This document shows, one piece after another, positions 1 to 7,830 of a stretch of 37,932 bases of DNA (the first letter of the stretch is position 1; every line of letters starts with the position of its first letter). Below the pieces are notes generated by a model. It had not been told where the DNA came from. It ran no database searches and saw only the letters and a list, made by a program, of their open reading frames with translations. The DNA comes from a virus. The DNA lies in IMG/VR virus record IMGVR_UViG_3300009506_000100, positions 1-37,932 of that record; one strand, given 5' to 3'. The translations under genes were made by a program, and so were the position numbers.

Positions 1-144
1 AGTTCAGTTCCAAAGTGGTCGCGGTCCCGTTCGAACTGCTGCAGGATTCCGAGATCGACGTCGAAGCCTTCATCCAGCGTCGCCTAGTGCAGCGTCTTGG
101 CCGAGTGACCAACACGTACTTCACCACTGGTACTGGCACTGCGC
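1..144. repeat. Terminal assembly overlap, copy 1. Identical to 37789-37932, so the molecule closes as a 37,788-bp circle.
   Basis: Direct comparison of the two window ends (agttcagttccaaagtggtcgcgg ... ggtactggcactgcgc). The repeat lies inside the capsid ORF, and the 37,788-nt offset is divisible by 3, so the frame is kept. Confidence 0.95.
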
Positions 145-632
145 AGCCCCGTGGCATCGTCACTGGCGCATCGTCCGGTAAGGTCGGCACCACTGGCCAA
201 ACCACCAGCGTCATCTTCGACGACCTCGTGGACCTGATCCACGCGATCGATCCCGCGTACCGCGCAGCCGGTTGCGGCTTCATGATGAACGACGCGTCGC
301 TCAAAGTGATTCGCAAGATGAAGGATACCCAAGGTCGCCCGATCTTCCTCCCCGGCTATGATGGTCTTGGGGGTGCGATGGGCGATATGTTGCTCGGTTA
401 TCCGGTCACGCTCAACCAAGACGTTGCTGTTATGGCCGCGAACGCGAAGTCGATTCTGTTTGGTGATATGACCAAGTACATCATCCGTGACGTCATGGCG
501 GCATCCGCGTTCCGCTTCACCGATTCGTCCTACACCAAGCTGGGTCAGGTCGGTTTCCTCTACTGGATGCGTTCGGGCGGCAACCTCACCGATGCCAACG
601 CTGTGAAGTACTACCAGAACAGCGCAACCTAA
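1..632 (+). CDS. Major capsid protein, HK97 fold: C-terminal part. The gene starts at 37194 and continues across the circular junction; the full gene is 408 aa.
   Basis: The reading frame is open from nt 3 and contiguous with 37194-37932 through the overlap. Stop TAA at 630-632. The sequence ...KVVAVPFELLQDSEIDVEAFIQRRL...TGTGTAQPRGIVTGA... is typical of HK97-family capsid proteins. The gene follows the portal and protease genes. Confidence 0.9.
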   Translation, partial: FSSKVVAVPFELLQDSEIDVEAFIQRRLVQRLGRVTNTYFTTGTGTAQPRGIVTGASSGKVGTTGQTTSVIFDDLVDLIHAIDPAYRAAGCGFMMNDASLKVIRKMKDTQGRPIFLPGYDGLGGAMGDMLLGYPVTLNQDVAVMAANAKSILFGDMTKYIIRDVMAASAFRFTDSSYTKLGQVGFLYWMRSGGNLTDANAVKYYQNSAT

Positions 633-655
633 ACGTAACTTAACTTAATCAGGGT

Positions 656-675
656 GGGAGGGGGAAACTCCTCCC
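656..675 (+). terminator. Stem-loop just after the capsid gene: 8-bp GC-rich stem with a GAAA tetraloop. Possible attenuator or mRNA-stabilising hairpin.
   Basis: GGGAGGGG gaaa CTCCTCCC read directly, with one G-T wobble. It is followed by ataattaaaa, not a clean U-run. Confidence 0.3.
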
Positions 676-684
676 ATAATTAAA

Positions 685-936
685 ATGGCAAAAGAAGAGA
701 AGCTGAAGATCGTCGAGGCTCGCGTCACTGCGGATTTGCACTGGTGTGGGCACGTTATCAAACCGAATTCTATCGTGCTTGCGCACGAAGCCGTATTGAA
801 GGCCTACCCGCACTCGCTCGACGCTACCCCTGAGGCAGTGGCGTACGTCCGTGAGCATGAAGGTGCCGACATGGTCATCGATCTGGATTCGCTCGCTGCT
901 GATGCGGCAATCGAAGCCGAAGTCGAGGAGGGCTAA
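685..936 (+). CDS. Hypothetical protein (83 aa) in the head module
   Basis: ATG ORF between the capsid gene and the next gene, ending 2 nt before the following ATG. No close SD and no motif recognised. Confidence 0.55.
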   Translation: MAKEEKLKIVEARVTADLHWCGHVIKPNSIVLAHEAVLKAYPHSLDATPEAVAYVREHEGADMVIDLDSLAADAAIEAEVEEG

Positions 937-938
937 TC

Positions 939-1322
939 ATGAGCGTCGTGTACAGCGCAGCAGTAAAAACAGCCCGTATGACAGCCGTGCGCGACGCCAT
1001 CGATGCTGGCCTCGCTGCCGGTGCGCTTGAGGTATGTAGCGCAGCGTATGCGGCAGTGCTCGCAACTGTCGCGCTGGCTTATCCGTCAGGGACCATCGCG
1101 GCTGATGTATTGACGTTCACCATGCCGCAGTCTGATGTGAGTGCCGATGCCGATGGCGTTCCTGCGGTGGCCCGCATTAAGGATAGTGCAGGCAACATCT
1201 GCGTGTCCGGTCTTACGGTTGGTCTGACCGGTTCGGGCGCGGACATCATCGTGGACAGCATGAGCATTACGGCAGGCCAGACCGTTACCGTTCAAAGCGG
1301 TACGATCACCCACGCTGCTTAA
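939..1322 (+). CDS. Hypothetical protein (127 aa, Ala/Gly/Thr-rich) in the head module
   Basis: ATG preceded by GAGGAGGG. Tightly packed in the structural operon. No family named with confidence. Confidence 0.65.
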   Translation: MSVVYSAAVKTARMTAVRDAIDAGLAAGALEVCSAAYAAVLATVALAYPSGTIAADVLTFTMPQSDVSADADGVPAVARIKDSAGNICVSGLTVGLTGSGADIIVDSMSITAGQTVTVQSGTITHAA

Positions 1323-1333
1323 TGGGGTGACGC

Positions 1334-2161
1334 ATGCCGTGGAATCCAGCTGATAAAAATCCAGTTATCACCGTATCAAACGGTGATCGAACTATCGTCA
1401 CTACGGCTGGGTGGGCGTCGATTCGCGGTACAGTTGGGAAGTCTACTGGTAAGTGGTATTACGAGATCGTCGCAGACGCGGTAACAGCCAACCAGTACCT
1501 GATGGGTATCGCCGATTTAACGACGCCAACAGGCTCCATGTCGTATGTCGGGGGGTTCCCCAACTCGTACAGTTGGGGGACTACTGGTGTTTTTGTTTAC
1601 TATAACGGGTCTGGTGTAGTCCATGGTGGGAGCGGTGGTCTTGCTGCGGGGGACGTCCTCGGTCTTGCGTTTGATGCAGATGCGCACCGTGTGGACATCT
1701 ACAAGAATGGGGTCTTGCAATCCTCATCTTGGCTGGACGGTATGGAAGCCAACGTGTTTTACCCGGCGTGCGCCCTTTATGAAACCGGTCAGCAGGCCAC
1801 ACTCAACGTCCTAGCATCGCAGTTCCTATATACGCCGCCAACCGGGTACAGTGCTTGGGAGACCCCGTTGGTGCTGTTGGCTGACCTAGCCGCGACGGAG
1901 GGCGGACCTGACATAGCCGCGTTTGCAGCGTCGGTCCCTGTGCATGCTGATATGGCTGCTGTCGAGAACAACGCGGATTCGGCAGCAATGTTGGTGAATG
2001 TTGTTGTGCAGATGGTGGCCAACATGCTAGAATATGGTAGTGATACTGCGTCGTTCGTTAGTGGCGGTATTTTGAAGCCGGGAGCGCGCAGTGCTGGCGG
2101 CAGTCGCCCACGCTCGTCGAGTGTTAAAAGGTCCAAGTTGACCAACGGCAGGAGAGTTTAG
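1334..2161 (+). CDS. SPRY (B30.2-like) domain protein (275 aa). Possible head decoration or fibre protein.
   Basis: SPRY signatures: GKWYYEIV, GIADL, YSWGTTG, GDVLGLAFDADAHRVDIYKNG, FYPACAL, FLYTPPTGYSAW. SD GGGGTGA lies upstream of the ATG. Confidence 0.8.
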   Translation: MPWNPADKNPVITVSNGDRTIVTTAGWASIRGTVGKSTGKWYYEIVADAVTANQYLMGIADLTTPTGSMSYVGGFPNSYSWGTTGVFVYYNGSGVVHGGSGGLAAGDVLGLAFDADAHRVDIYKNGVLQSSSWLDGMEANVFYPACALYETGQQATLNVLASQFLYTPPTGYSAWETPLVLLADLAATEGGPDIAAFAASVPVHADMAAVENNADSAAMLVNVVVQMVANMLEYGSDTASFVSGGILKPGARSAGGSRPRSSSVKRSKLTNGRRV

Positions 2162-2728
2162 ATGGCGCAGAGGATCACACAACCCAGCACAGAGCCTGTA
2201 ACACTGGCTGATGTTAAAGCCCAGCTTAACATCAAGGACACTACGCAGGACGCGGTCATAACTCGCCGCATCAAGGAAGCACGCGAATACATCGAAGAGT
2301 ACTTGCAGCGTTCGCTTATGCTAGCGAGTTGGAGGGTTATCCTTGATGAATTTCCGCCTGAAATCGAACTGCCGTATGCACCAGTGTCGGCGATCATCAG
2401 CGTAAAATACGTTGACACCAGTGGTGTGCAACACACGATGAGCAACACCGAATACGTGTTGGACAACTACAGCGAACCGGCATGGCTCGTCCCCTATTAC
2501 GGAACTTCCTGGCCCGCTACGCTCGATGCGTACAACGTGGTTGAAGTGGTGTATAGCGCCGGGTATGCATCGGCGGACGAGGTGCCGCAGCCCATCAAGG
2601 AAGCAATCATGCTGCTGGTCGGGCACTGGATGAACTTTCAAGGTAACATAGAGTCAGGGTCAGTCATCACGCGTGTGCCGCTCGCAGTTGAGCAACTCGT
2701 GTTTCCGTGGAAGGTGATTAAGTTATGA
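2162..2728 (+). CDS. Head-tail connector (adaptor), phage gp6-like family
   Basis: The N-terminus, ...PVTLADVKAQLNIKDTTQDAVITRRIKEAREYIEEYLQRSL..., and the C-terminus, VPQPIKEAIMLLVGHWMNF, are typical of gp6-like connector proteins. SD AGGAGAG. Confidence 0.8.
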   Translation: MAQRITQPSTEPVTLADVKAQLNIKDTTQDAVITRRIKEAREYIEEYLQRSLMLASWRVILDEFPPEIELPYAPVSAIISVKYVDTSGVQHTMSNTEYVLDNYSEPAWLVPYYGTSWPATLDAYNVVEVVYSAGYASADEVPQPIKEAIMLLVGHWMNFQGNIESGSVITRVPLAVEQLVFPWKVIKL

Positions 2729-3174
2729 GCCACGCACGCGATCAAGTCATAGATGCGATGGTGGCGCTGCTGTCCGTGACGCCCGCGAATTGGGATTTGG
2801 TCAAAAAGCAACGCATTGAGTCGACGCGAATCATCAAGACGTACCTGATGGTTTATTTCGAATCGGAGGAAGTGGAGCGTTTGACGATCCACACTGCGAC
2901 GCTTTACCGAAGGGTGATCGGCGTCAATGTTGAAGCACCGATCAGGATTGCTGATCCTGAGGACTTGGAAACCACTATTGGCGCAGTAGCTGCTGAGATA
3001 GAGCAAAAGCTGACCAATGCGGCAATGCTGGCGCAGTTGCCAGCAATGAAGGACTTCTCGCTCGTGCACTCAACTGTGCTGCTCGACGAGGACCAGACGT
3101 CTTACGCGAAGTTAAGCATCACTTGGGCTGTAACGGTGATGACTGCGGAAGGTTCACCCTCAACTTTGATCTGA
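2725..3174 (+). CDS. Hypothetical neck or tail-completion protein (149 aa). Function assigned by position only.
   Basis: ATGA overlap with the connector gene. Lies between the connector and the tail tube gene, where stopper or terminator proteins normally sit. Confidence 0.6.
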   Translation: MSHARDQVIDAMVALLSVTPANWDLVKKQRIESTRIIKTYLMVYFESEEVERLTIHTATLYRRVIGVNVEAPIRIADPEDLETTIGAVAAEIEQKLTNAAMLAQLPAMKDFSLVHSTVLLDEDQTSYAKLSITWAVTVMTAEGSPSTLI

Positions 3175-3187
3175 TAAGGAGTTAGAA

Positions 3188-3829
3188 ATGAAACCGAAGC
3201 TTTGGAGTAATGTGCAGGTTGCAATGCAGTCTGCTATTGCCACTGCCAAAACCATCACCGGCATCACCAATGCAAATCCGGGTGTGGTCAGTTGTGTTGG
3301 CCATGGATATGCCGCTGGCTCGTATGTACTACTGCCCGATGTGCAAGGCATGACTGAGGTGCGTGGTCGTGTGTTTCGTGTAGCCAACCCTCTAACTGAT
3401 TCGTTCGAATTGGAAGGCGAGGACACGACCAACTATGGCACGTTTACTTCCGGTACGGTCCAGCTGTTGACGCTCGGCACCAGTCTTGGTACCGCACGCG
3501 GCATTTCGGCATCTGGCGGCGACTACCCGTTCGTCGACACGACCACGATTCATGACAAGGCATCGTCGGCCATTCCCGGCACACCGTCCGCCATCAACTA
3601 CACGATGGAAAACATCTGGGACGTTACCGACACTGCGCTGCAGGCAATGAAGGTTGCGTCCAAGTTGAAGGAGCAACGCGCATTCAAGTGGACGTTCTCT
3701 GACGGGACGATCATGGTCTTCAACGGATACGTTGGTGCGAACCTCGCTCCTGTCGGCAATGCGCAGGACTTGGTAACGACCCCCGTGGTGGTTACGATGT
3801 TCGGTGAACCGACTTACTACGCGGCCTAA
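3188..3829 (+). CDS. Major tail (tail tube) protein, 213 aa
   Basis: Strong SD AAGGAG. Sits immediately upstream of the G/GT chaperone pair and the tape measure gene. Size and position are typical of a siphovirus tube protein. The N-terminal part carries an FCCH-like small beta-barrel motif (ITGITNANPGVV...GMTEVRGRVFRV...). Confidence 0.75.
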   Translation: MKPKLWSNVQVAMQSAIATAKTITGITNANPGVVSCVGHGYAAGSYVLLPDVQGMTEVRGRVFRVANPLTDSFELEGEDTTNYGTFTSGTVQLLTLGTSLGTARGISASGGDYPFVDTTTIHDKASSAIPGTPSAINYTMENIWDVTDTALQAMKVASKLKEQRAFKWTFSDGTIMVFNGYVGANLAPVGNAQDLVTTPVVVTMFGEPTYYAA

Positions 3830-3831
3830 TC

Positions 3832-4167
3832 ATGAGCACACTGGTCGATAAAATCAGGAAGTTGCGCGAGAGCACCGTCGATGTTGGCAAGTTCAAGTTC
3901 ATCATTCGCCGACCGACTGACTCGGAAGCGCTATCCATGCGGCACCTTCCTATGAAGGATATCGTTGACCAGTTTGTGGTTGGCTGGCAGAATGTGCAAG
4001 AGATCGACGTCATTCCCGGTGGCAACCCCACCGATGTGGCGTTCGATAAAGAGCTATGGGCGGAGTGGAGTTCTGACCGTCCGGACTTCTGGCAACCGAT
4101 CACAACCGCAGTCACCGATGCGTACCTGCGCCATCGTTCAGCCAAGGAGGAAGCCGAAAAAAACTAA
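3832..4167 (+). CDS. Tail assembly chaperone (gpG analogue), 111 aa
   Basis: Lies directly between the tail tube and tape measure genes. Ends in a slippery heptamer followed by an open -1 frame. Confidence 0.8.
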   Translation: MSTLVDKIRKLRESTVDVGKFKFIIRRPTDSEALSMRHLPMKDIVDQFVVGWQNVQEIDVIPGGNPTDVAFDKELWAEWSSDRPDFWQPITTAVTDAYLRHRSAKEEAEKN

Positions 4168-4367
4168 GGGCATGGCTTGAGCTAACACAACTGCCGATCA
4201 AGCCAAAGGACCCCGGATTCGAACAAAAACAGGCAGTTGAAATTTGGAACGAGATGGGCGGGTGCATCGATTGGGCGGCGCTGCCGGTTTTGGTGGAGTT
4301 GCACGGAGTTGAAGATGTGGAAGCTCTACTCGGGCGATTACAAACGATCAGGGGGTTCCTAGGATGA
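3832..4367 (+). CDS. Tail assembly chaperone frameshift product (gpGT analogue), ~178 aa, made by a -1 shift at 4158-4164
   Basis: I read the -1 frame by hand from 4164 (cta agg gca tgg ...). It is open for 67 codons, up to TGA at 4365-4367, and that TGA overlaps the next ATG at 4364. No ATG-initiated ORF covers 4168-4363. Confidence 0.75.
4158..4164 (+). promoter_or_regulatory. Programmed -1 ribosomal frameshift slippery site A_AAA_AAC
   Basis: The zero-frame codons are gaa aaa aac taa. The heptamer a-aaa-aac fits the X_XXY_YYZ rule and sits at the very end of the G ORF. Confidence 0.75.
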
Positions 4368-4816
4368 CTGAGGTGCTGCAGGTCAGAGGGCTAAAGGAAG
4401 CAGAGAAGGCTATCTATTCCTACAGCAAGCGCATGGGCGATAAAGTCGTCCTGTCTGCTCTGACCAACGCAGCGAGATTGTTCAACCGCCAAGCAAAAAA
4501 GAACGCACCCATCAGGACTGGACGCTTGCGCAAGGCAATCCAAACGCGCAAATCAAGAATCTACAACGGAAGGCGTAACAGCAAGATTGGGGTGTACATA
4601 CGCGCTAACCCCGGAAAGAATCGCCGAGATACCAAAGGAGCCTTTTACGCGGGGTTCGTCGAAGATGGGTGGACCGACCGTGGCGGGCATAAGCATACCG
4701 GCAAAAAGTACATACAAAAGGCGTTCGAAGCGCAACGTTCAGCCGCTATCCATGTGGCGACGTCGGCCATCTTCGCTGGCTCCGAACTCATCAAACGCAG
4801 ACTAGGGTTGAAGTGA
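4364..4816 (+). CDS. HK97 gp10-family tail/neck component (150 aa)
   Basis: Motifs NAPIRTGRLRKAI, FYAGFVEDG and KKYIQKAFE match the gp10-family pattern as I recall it. ATGA overlap with the GT stop codon. Confidence 0.7.
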   Translation: MTEVLQVRGLKEAEKAIYSYSKRMGDKVVLSALTNAARLFNRQAKKNAPIRTGRLRKAIQTRKSRIYNGRRNSKIGVYIRANPGKNRRDTKGAFYAGFVEDGWTDRGGHKHTGKKYIQKAFEAQRSAAIHVATSAIFAGSELIKRRLGLK

Positions 4817-4817
4817 T

Positions 4818-6962
4818 ATGCCTAACGTAACCATCGACTTCAATGCCAACTTAGCCCGTTGGTCTGGCCAGATAGACAAGGCCATGGGCGATCTTGACAG
4901 GTTCCGTGACAGAGCGGATAAGTTATCCACCAGCATGGGGTCATTGGTGCGCACTCTCGGGGTCGGCATCAGCGTGGCTGGCATCGCTGGTCTTGTAAAG
5001 GGTGTGATCGACGCGCAAGACGAGATCGCGAAGATGAGCCAGAAAACCGGCTTGGCTGTTGAGACTCTCGCCGGTCTGCAACATGCCGCTGATCTATCGG
5101 CAGTCGGAGTCGATCAGCTGGCCAAGGGCGTCCGTACGTTCTCGGTGCTAGTTGATGAAGCGGCCAACGGCCAGAAGTCCTATCAGGATAAGCTCGTGTC
5201 ACTCGGCCTAAACTACAGGGACTTACAGAACTTATCGCCGGAAAAGCAGTTTTACAAGCTGGCCGACGCAGTGTCGAAACTCGGCGCTCAAGATCGCGCC
5301 ACCAAGGTAGCTGCCGCGTTGGGTGATCGCATGTCGGTGTTGGTGCCTCTGCTGTCCGGGGGCGCTGACGAGTTGCGCAGGATGGTGGAAGAGGGGCAGC
5401 GTTTTAACCCGGTCACGGCTGAATCGGCCAAGCAAGCTGAAAAGTTTAACGACGAACTAGACCGCCTGAAGAAGGCGGCTGGTACGGCTGGTATCAAGGT
5501 GTCGATGGAGTTGTTGCCTCCGATGGCCGATTGGCTAGTTGCAGTTAACAAGCTTATTGAGCGTTACGGGGTTTTGGTCGGTGTGTTGGCCGGGATCGGT
5601 GCTGCAGTCGTCCCCGGCCTAACCGCCGATCAGGTAGCCGGGACTGAGGACCAGCTTGACAAGTTCAGGAAGAAGATCGCCGGCCAAAAGGAGGAATTGC
5701 TCAGTCTTGAGAACCAGCTTAAGAGTGGTGCCGCTGGCGAAGGCCTTCTGCAGCGCTATTTCTTCGGGTCAACCGCAGAAGTGCAGACCCACATCAAGGA
5801 ACTGCGCGAGATCATAAGGCTGAACGAAATCAGTCTGCAGCAAGCTGAAGATCGCCTTAAAAAAGCGTCTGAGGAGGGCGCTAATGGTGCCACTGAAGCG
5901 GCTAAGAAGGCGCAATGCGAAGCCAGCAACGGCGTATGGGATGGCAAAAGCTGCAGGCCCAAACCCACTGGCGGTGCCAAAGTCGATCCGTTGGCCGGTC
6001 TGATCAACAGCACTGATGTTGGCCGCATGCGTGAGTTTGACAAGACCGTTGCGCTTCTCAATGCGCGGTTCAACAATGGTACTAAGGACGTCGAACTGTA
6101 CACGCAGGCAATGTCAAAGCTGATTGAAAAGACGTTTGCCGGTAACTACAAGACGAAGGCGTACAATGATGAGACTGAGCGCATGGTGGCCGAACACTTA
6201 AAAGCTACTACCGACGAATTGCGCGCACAGAAGCAAGAATGGATCGATGCTGGTAAGGCGATCGAAGATCAGTACATGCCAGCGAGCGAGAAGTTGGGCC
6301 AACGAATCGACTACTTGAACGAACTGTTTGCGCGGGGGCTTATTAGCCATGACGCACTTGACGCGGCGACTGCGGACGCGTTTGACAGTGCGGGTGCCTC
6401 CATTGAAAAGGCAACCGACGTGATGTCGGTATTTGCTGAGCAGGCAGCGCGTAACATACAGGACGCGTTTGCTGAGTTCCTGTTCGACCCGTTTGACCAA
6501 GGGCTGGGGGGTATGTTGAAGTCGTTCGGGGTAACGATCCAGAAGATGGTAGCACAAGCCGTTGCTGCAGACTTGGCCAAGCGTGTATTTGGCAGTCTTG
6601 GTGGTGGGACCGGAAGCGGGTGGTTGGGGTCGATTGCCAACTTCCTAAAGTCGGAGGATGGTAACGTGTTCATGAATGCTCCTGCGTTGTCCGCTTATTC
6701 CGGGTCAGTCGTCAGCAAGCCGACTGTGTTCCCGTTTGCAAACGGTATCGGGCTTATGGGCGAAGCTGGACCAGAAGCAATCTTACCATTGAAGCGCGGA
6801 CCTGATGGGAAGTTGGGCGTTGATGCCGGTGGTGCCAAGGGCGGGCACACCGTGAACGTGTATTTGTACGGGGTTAACAACGCGCCTGATGTACGCAACG
6901 CTGGCGGCAAGGTTGCGCGTCAAGTGCTGGGGGCTATTGAGGGGAGCCGTCGTTATGGCTGA
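4818..6962 (+). CDS. Tape measure protein (714 aa)
   Basis: Long, helical, Ala/Gly/Lys-rich protein downstream of the chaperones. It has hydrophobic Gly-rich segments (VGISVAGIAGLV, GVLVGVLAGIGAAVV). The position is canonical. Confidence 0.9.
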   Translation: MPNVTIDFNANLARWSGQIDKAMGDLDRFRDRADKLSTSMGSLVRTLGVGISVAGIAGLVKGVIDAQDEIAKMSQKTGLAVETLAGLQHAADLSAVGVDQLAKGVRTFSVLVDEAANGQKSYQDKLVSLGLNYRDLQNLSPEKQFYKLADAVSKLGAQDRATKVAAALGDRMSVLVPLLSGGADELRRMVEEGQRFNPVTAESAKQAEKFNDELDRLKKAAGTAGIKVSMELLPPMADWLVAVNKLIERYGVLVGVLAGIGAAVVPGLTADQVAGTEDQLDKFRKKIAGQKEELLSLENQLKSGAAGEGLLQRYFFGSTAEVQTHIKELREIIRLNEISLQQAEDRLKKASEEGANGATEAAKKAQCEASNGVWDGKSCRPKPTGGAKVDPLAGLINSTDVGRMREFDKTVALLNARFNNGTKDVELYTQAMSKLIEKTFAGNYKTKAYNDETERMVAEHLKATTDELRAQKQEWIDAGKAIEDQYMPASEKLGQRIDYLNELFARGLISHDALDAATADAFDSAGASIEKATDVMSVFAEQAARNIQDAFAEFLFDPFDQGLGGMLKSFGVTIQKMVAQAVAADLAKRVFGSLGGGTGSGWLGSIANFLKSEDGNVFMNAPALSAYSGSVVSKPTVFPFANGIGLMGEAGPEAILPLKRGPDGKLGVDAGGAKGGHTVNVYLYGVNNAPDVRNAGGKVARQVLGAIEGSRRYG

Positions 6963-7830
6963 GTTTTTGGAAGAACGGCTAAGCATCGATGTGCGCATGG
7001 GTGCTAGTTATGCGGACGACTTCGCCGTTGAGATTTCTGAGGACGCTGGTGGCAGCGAGTACAGGCACTTGATTCACCCGTACCTGCGCAGAGAATTCAC
7101 CGTCATGTACACTAAGGTCACCCCCGATTTATGGGCCAGTGTGATCAGCCTGTACCACCGCGTTTACGGCAAATACGCGGGGTTCCGTGTCCGTTGTGAG
7201 GATGACTTCTCCACCAACGGTGATGTGCTCGACCCCACCGCATTCGACCACGTGCTACAGGAGCTTACTGCTTACACCACGTACCAACTGCTGAAGGAAT
7301 ATGGTGCCGGAGGTGCAGCCATCAGCGTCGGCCCTCCGTTGCGCACCATCTTCAAGCCGGTGGCGGGCACGGTGCGTGTGGCCATCGATGCGCTGGAGCA
7401 GCAGGAGGGGAAGCTGTGGACCGTCGACACGACCACCGGCATCGTGTCGTTTGCGGCGGACAAGACGCGGGCTATCACGGGCATCTCACAGGCCGCAAAC
7501 GCGGTAGTCACCGTGGGTTCACACACGTTTGCCGTGGGGGAGTCATTGAACTTCTCCGGTGTGGTCGGCATGACGGAGATAAACGGTCTGCGCGGAGCCA
7601 TCATCGCAGTGGACACACTCAACGTGACGGTTGCAATCGACACCACCGCGTTTACCGCTTACACCAGCGGGGGCAATGTGCATACACAACCGCAGGTGGG
7701 TGAGGTCGTGAAGGGTGGGTGCCAGTTTGATATCCCGTGCCGCTTTAATGGCCGCATCGACATCAACGCCATCGAATACGGAATCCGTGAATCCGGGCAG
7801 ATTGACATTCTGGAGTTACTGAACCCATGA
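6955..7830 (+). CDS. Distal tail protein, DUF2460 / RcGTA gp12-like (291 aa), with an inserted FCCH-like beta-barrel
   Basis: The N-terminus MAEFLEERLSIDVRMGASY... resembles the conserved start of the DUF2460 family. The ATG at 6955 follows GAGGGGAG and overlaps the TMP stop. The track start at 6889 would overlap TMP by 74 nt. Confidence 0.7.
   Translation: MAEFLEERLSIDVRMGASYADDFAVEISEDAGGSEYRHLIHPYLRREFTVMYTKVTPDLWASVISLYHRVYGKYAGFRVRCEDDFSTNGDVLDPTAFDHVLQELTAYTTYQLLKEYGAGGAAISVGPPLRTIFKPVAGTVRVAIDALEQQEGKLWTVDTTTGIVSFAADKTRAITGISQAANAVVTVGSHTFAVGESLNFSGVVGMTEINGLRGAIIAVDTLNVTVAIDTTAFTAYTSGGNVHTQPQVGEVVKGGCQFDIPCRFNGRIDINAIEYGIRESGQIDILELLNP

Noticed and set aside
1-144. Biological direct terminal repeat
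   Set aside because: The repeat lies in the middle of the capsid coding sequence and is needed to reconstitute a single intact gene. This is the signature of circular assembly overlap.
4210-4235. tRNA-like T-loop sequence ggattcgaac
   Set aside because: No complementary acceptor or T-stem sequences flank it, and it lies inside the GT frameshift extension. I recognised no tRNA anywhere in the window.
6889-6954. Upstream start (6889) for the distal tail protein, as listed in the track
   Set aside because: It would overlap the tape measure gene by 74 nt. The ATG at 6955 has an SD, overlaps the TMP stop, and begins with the conserved MAEFLEERL-type N-terminus.
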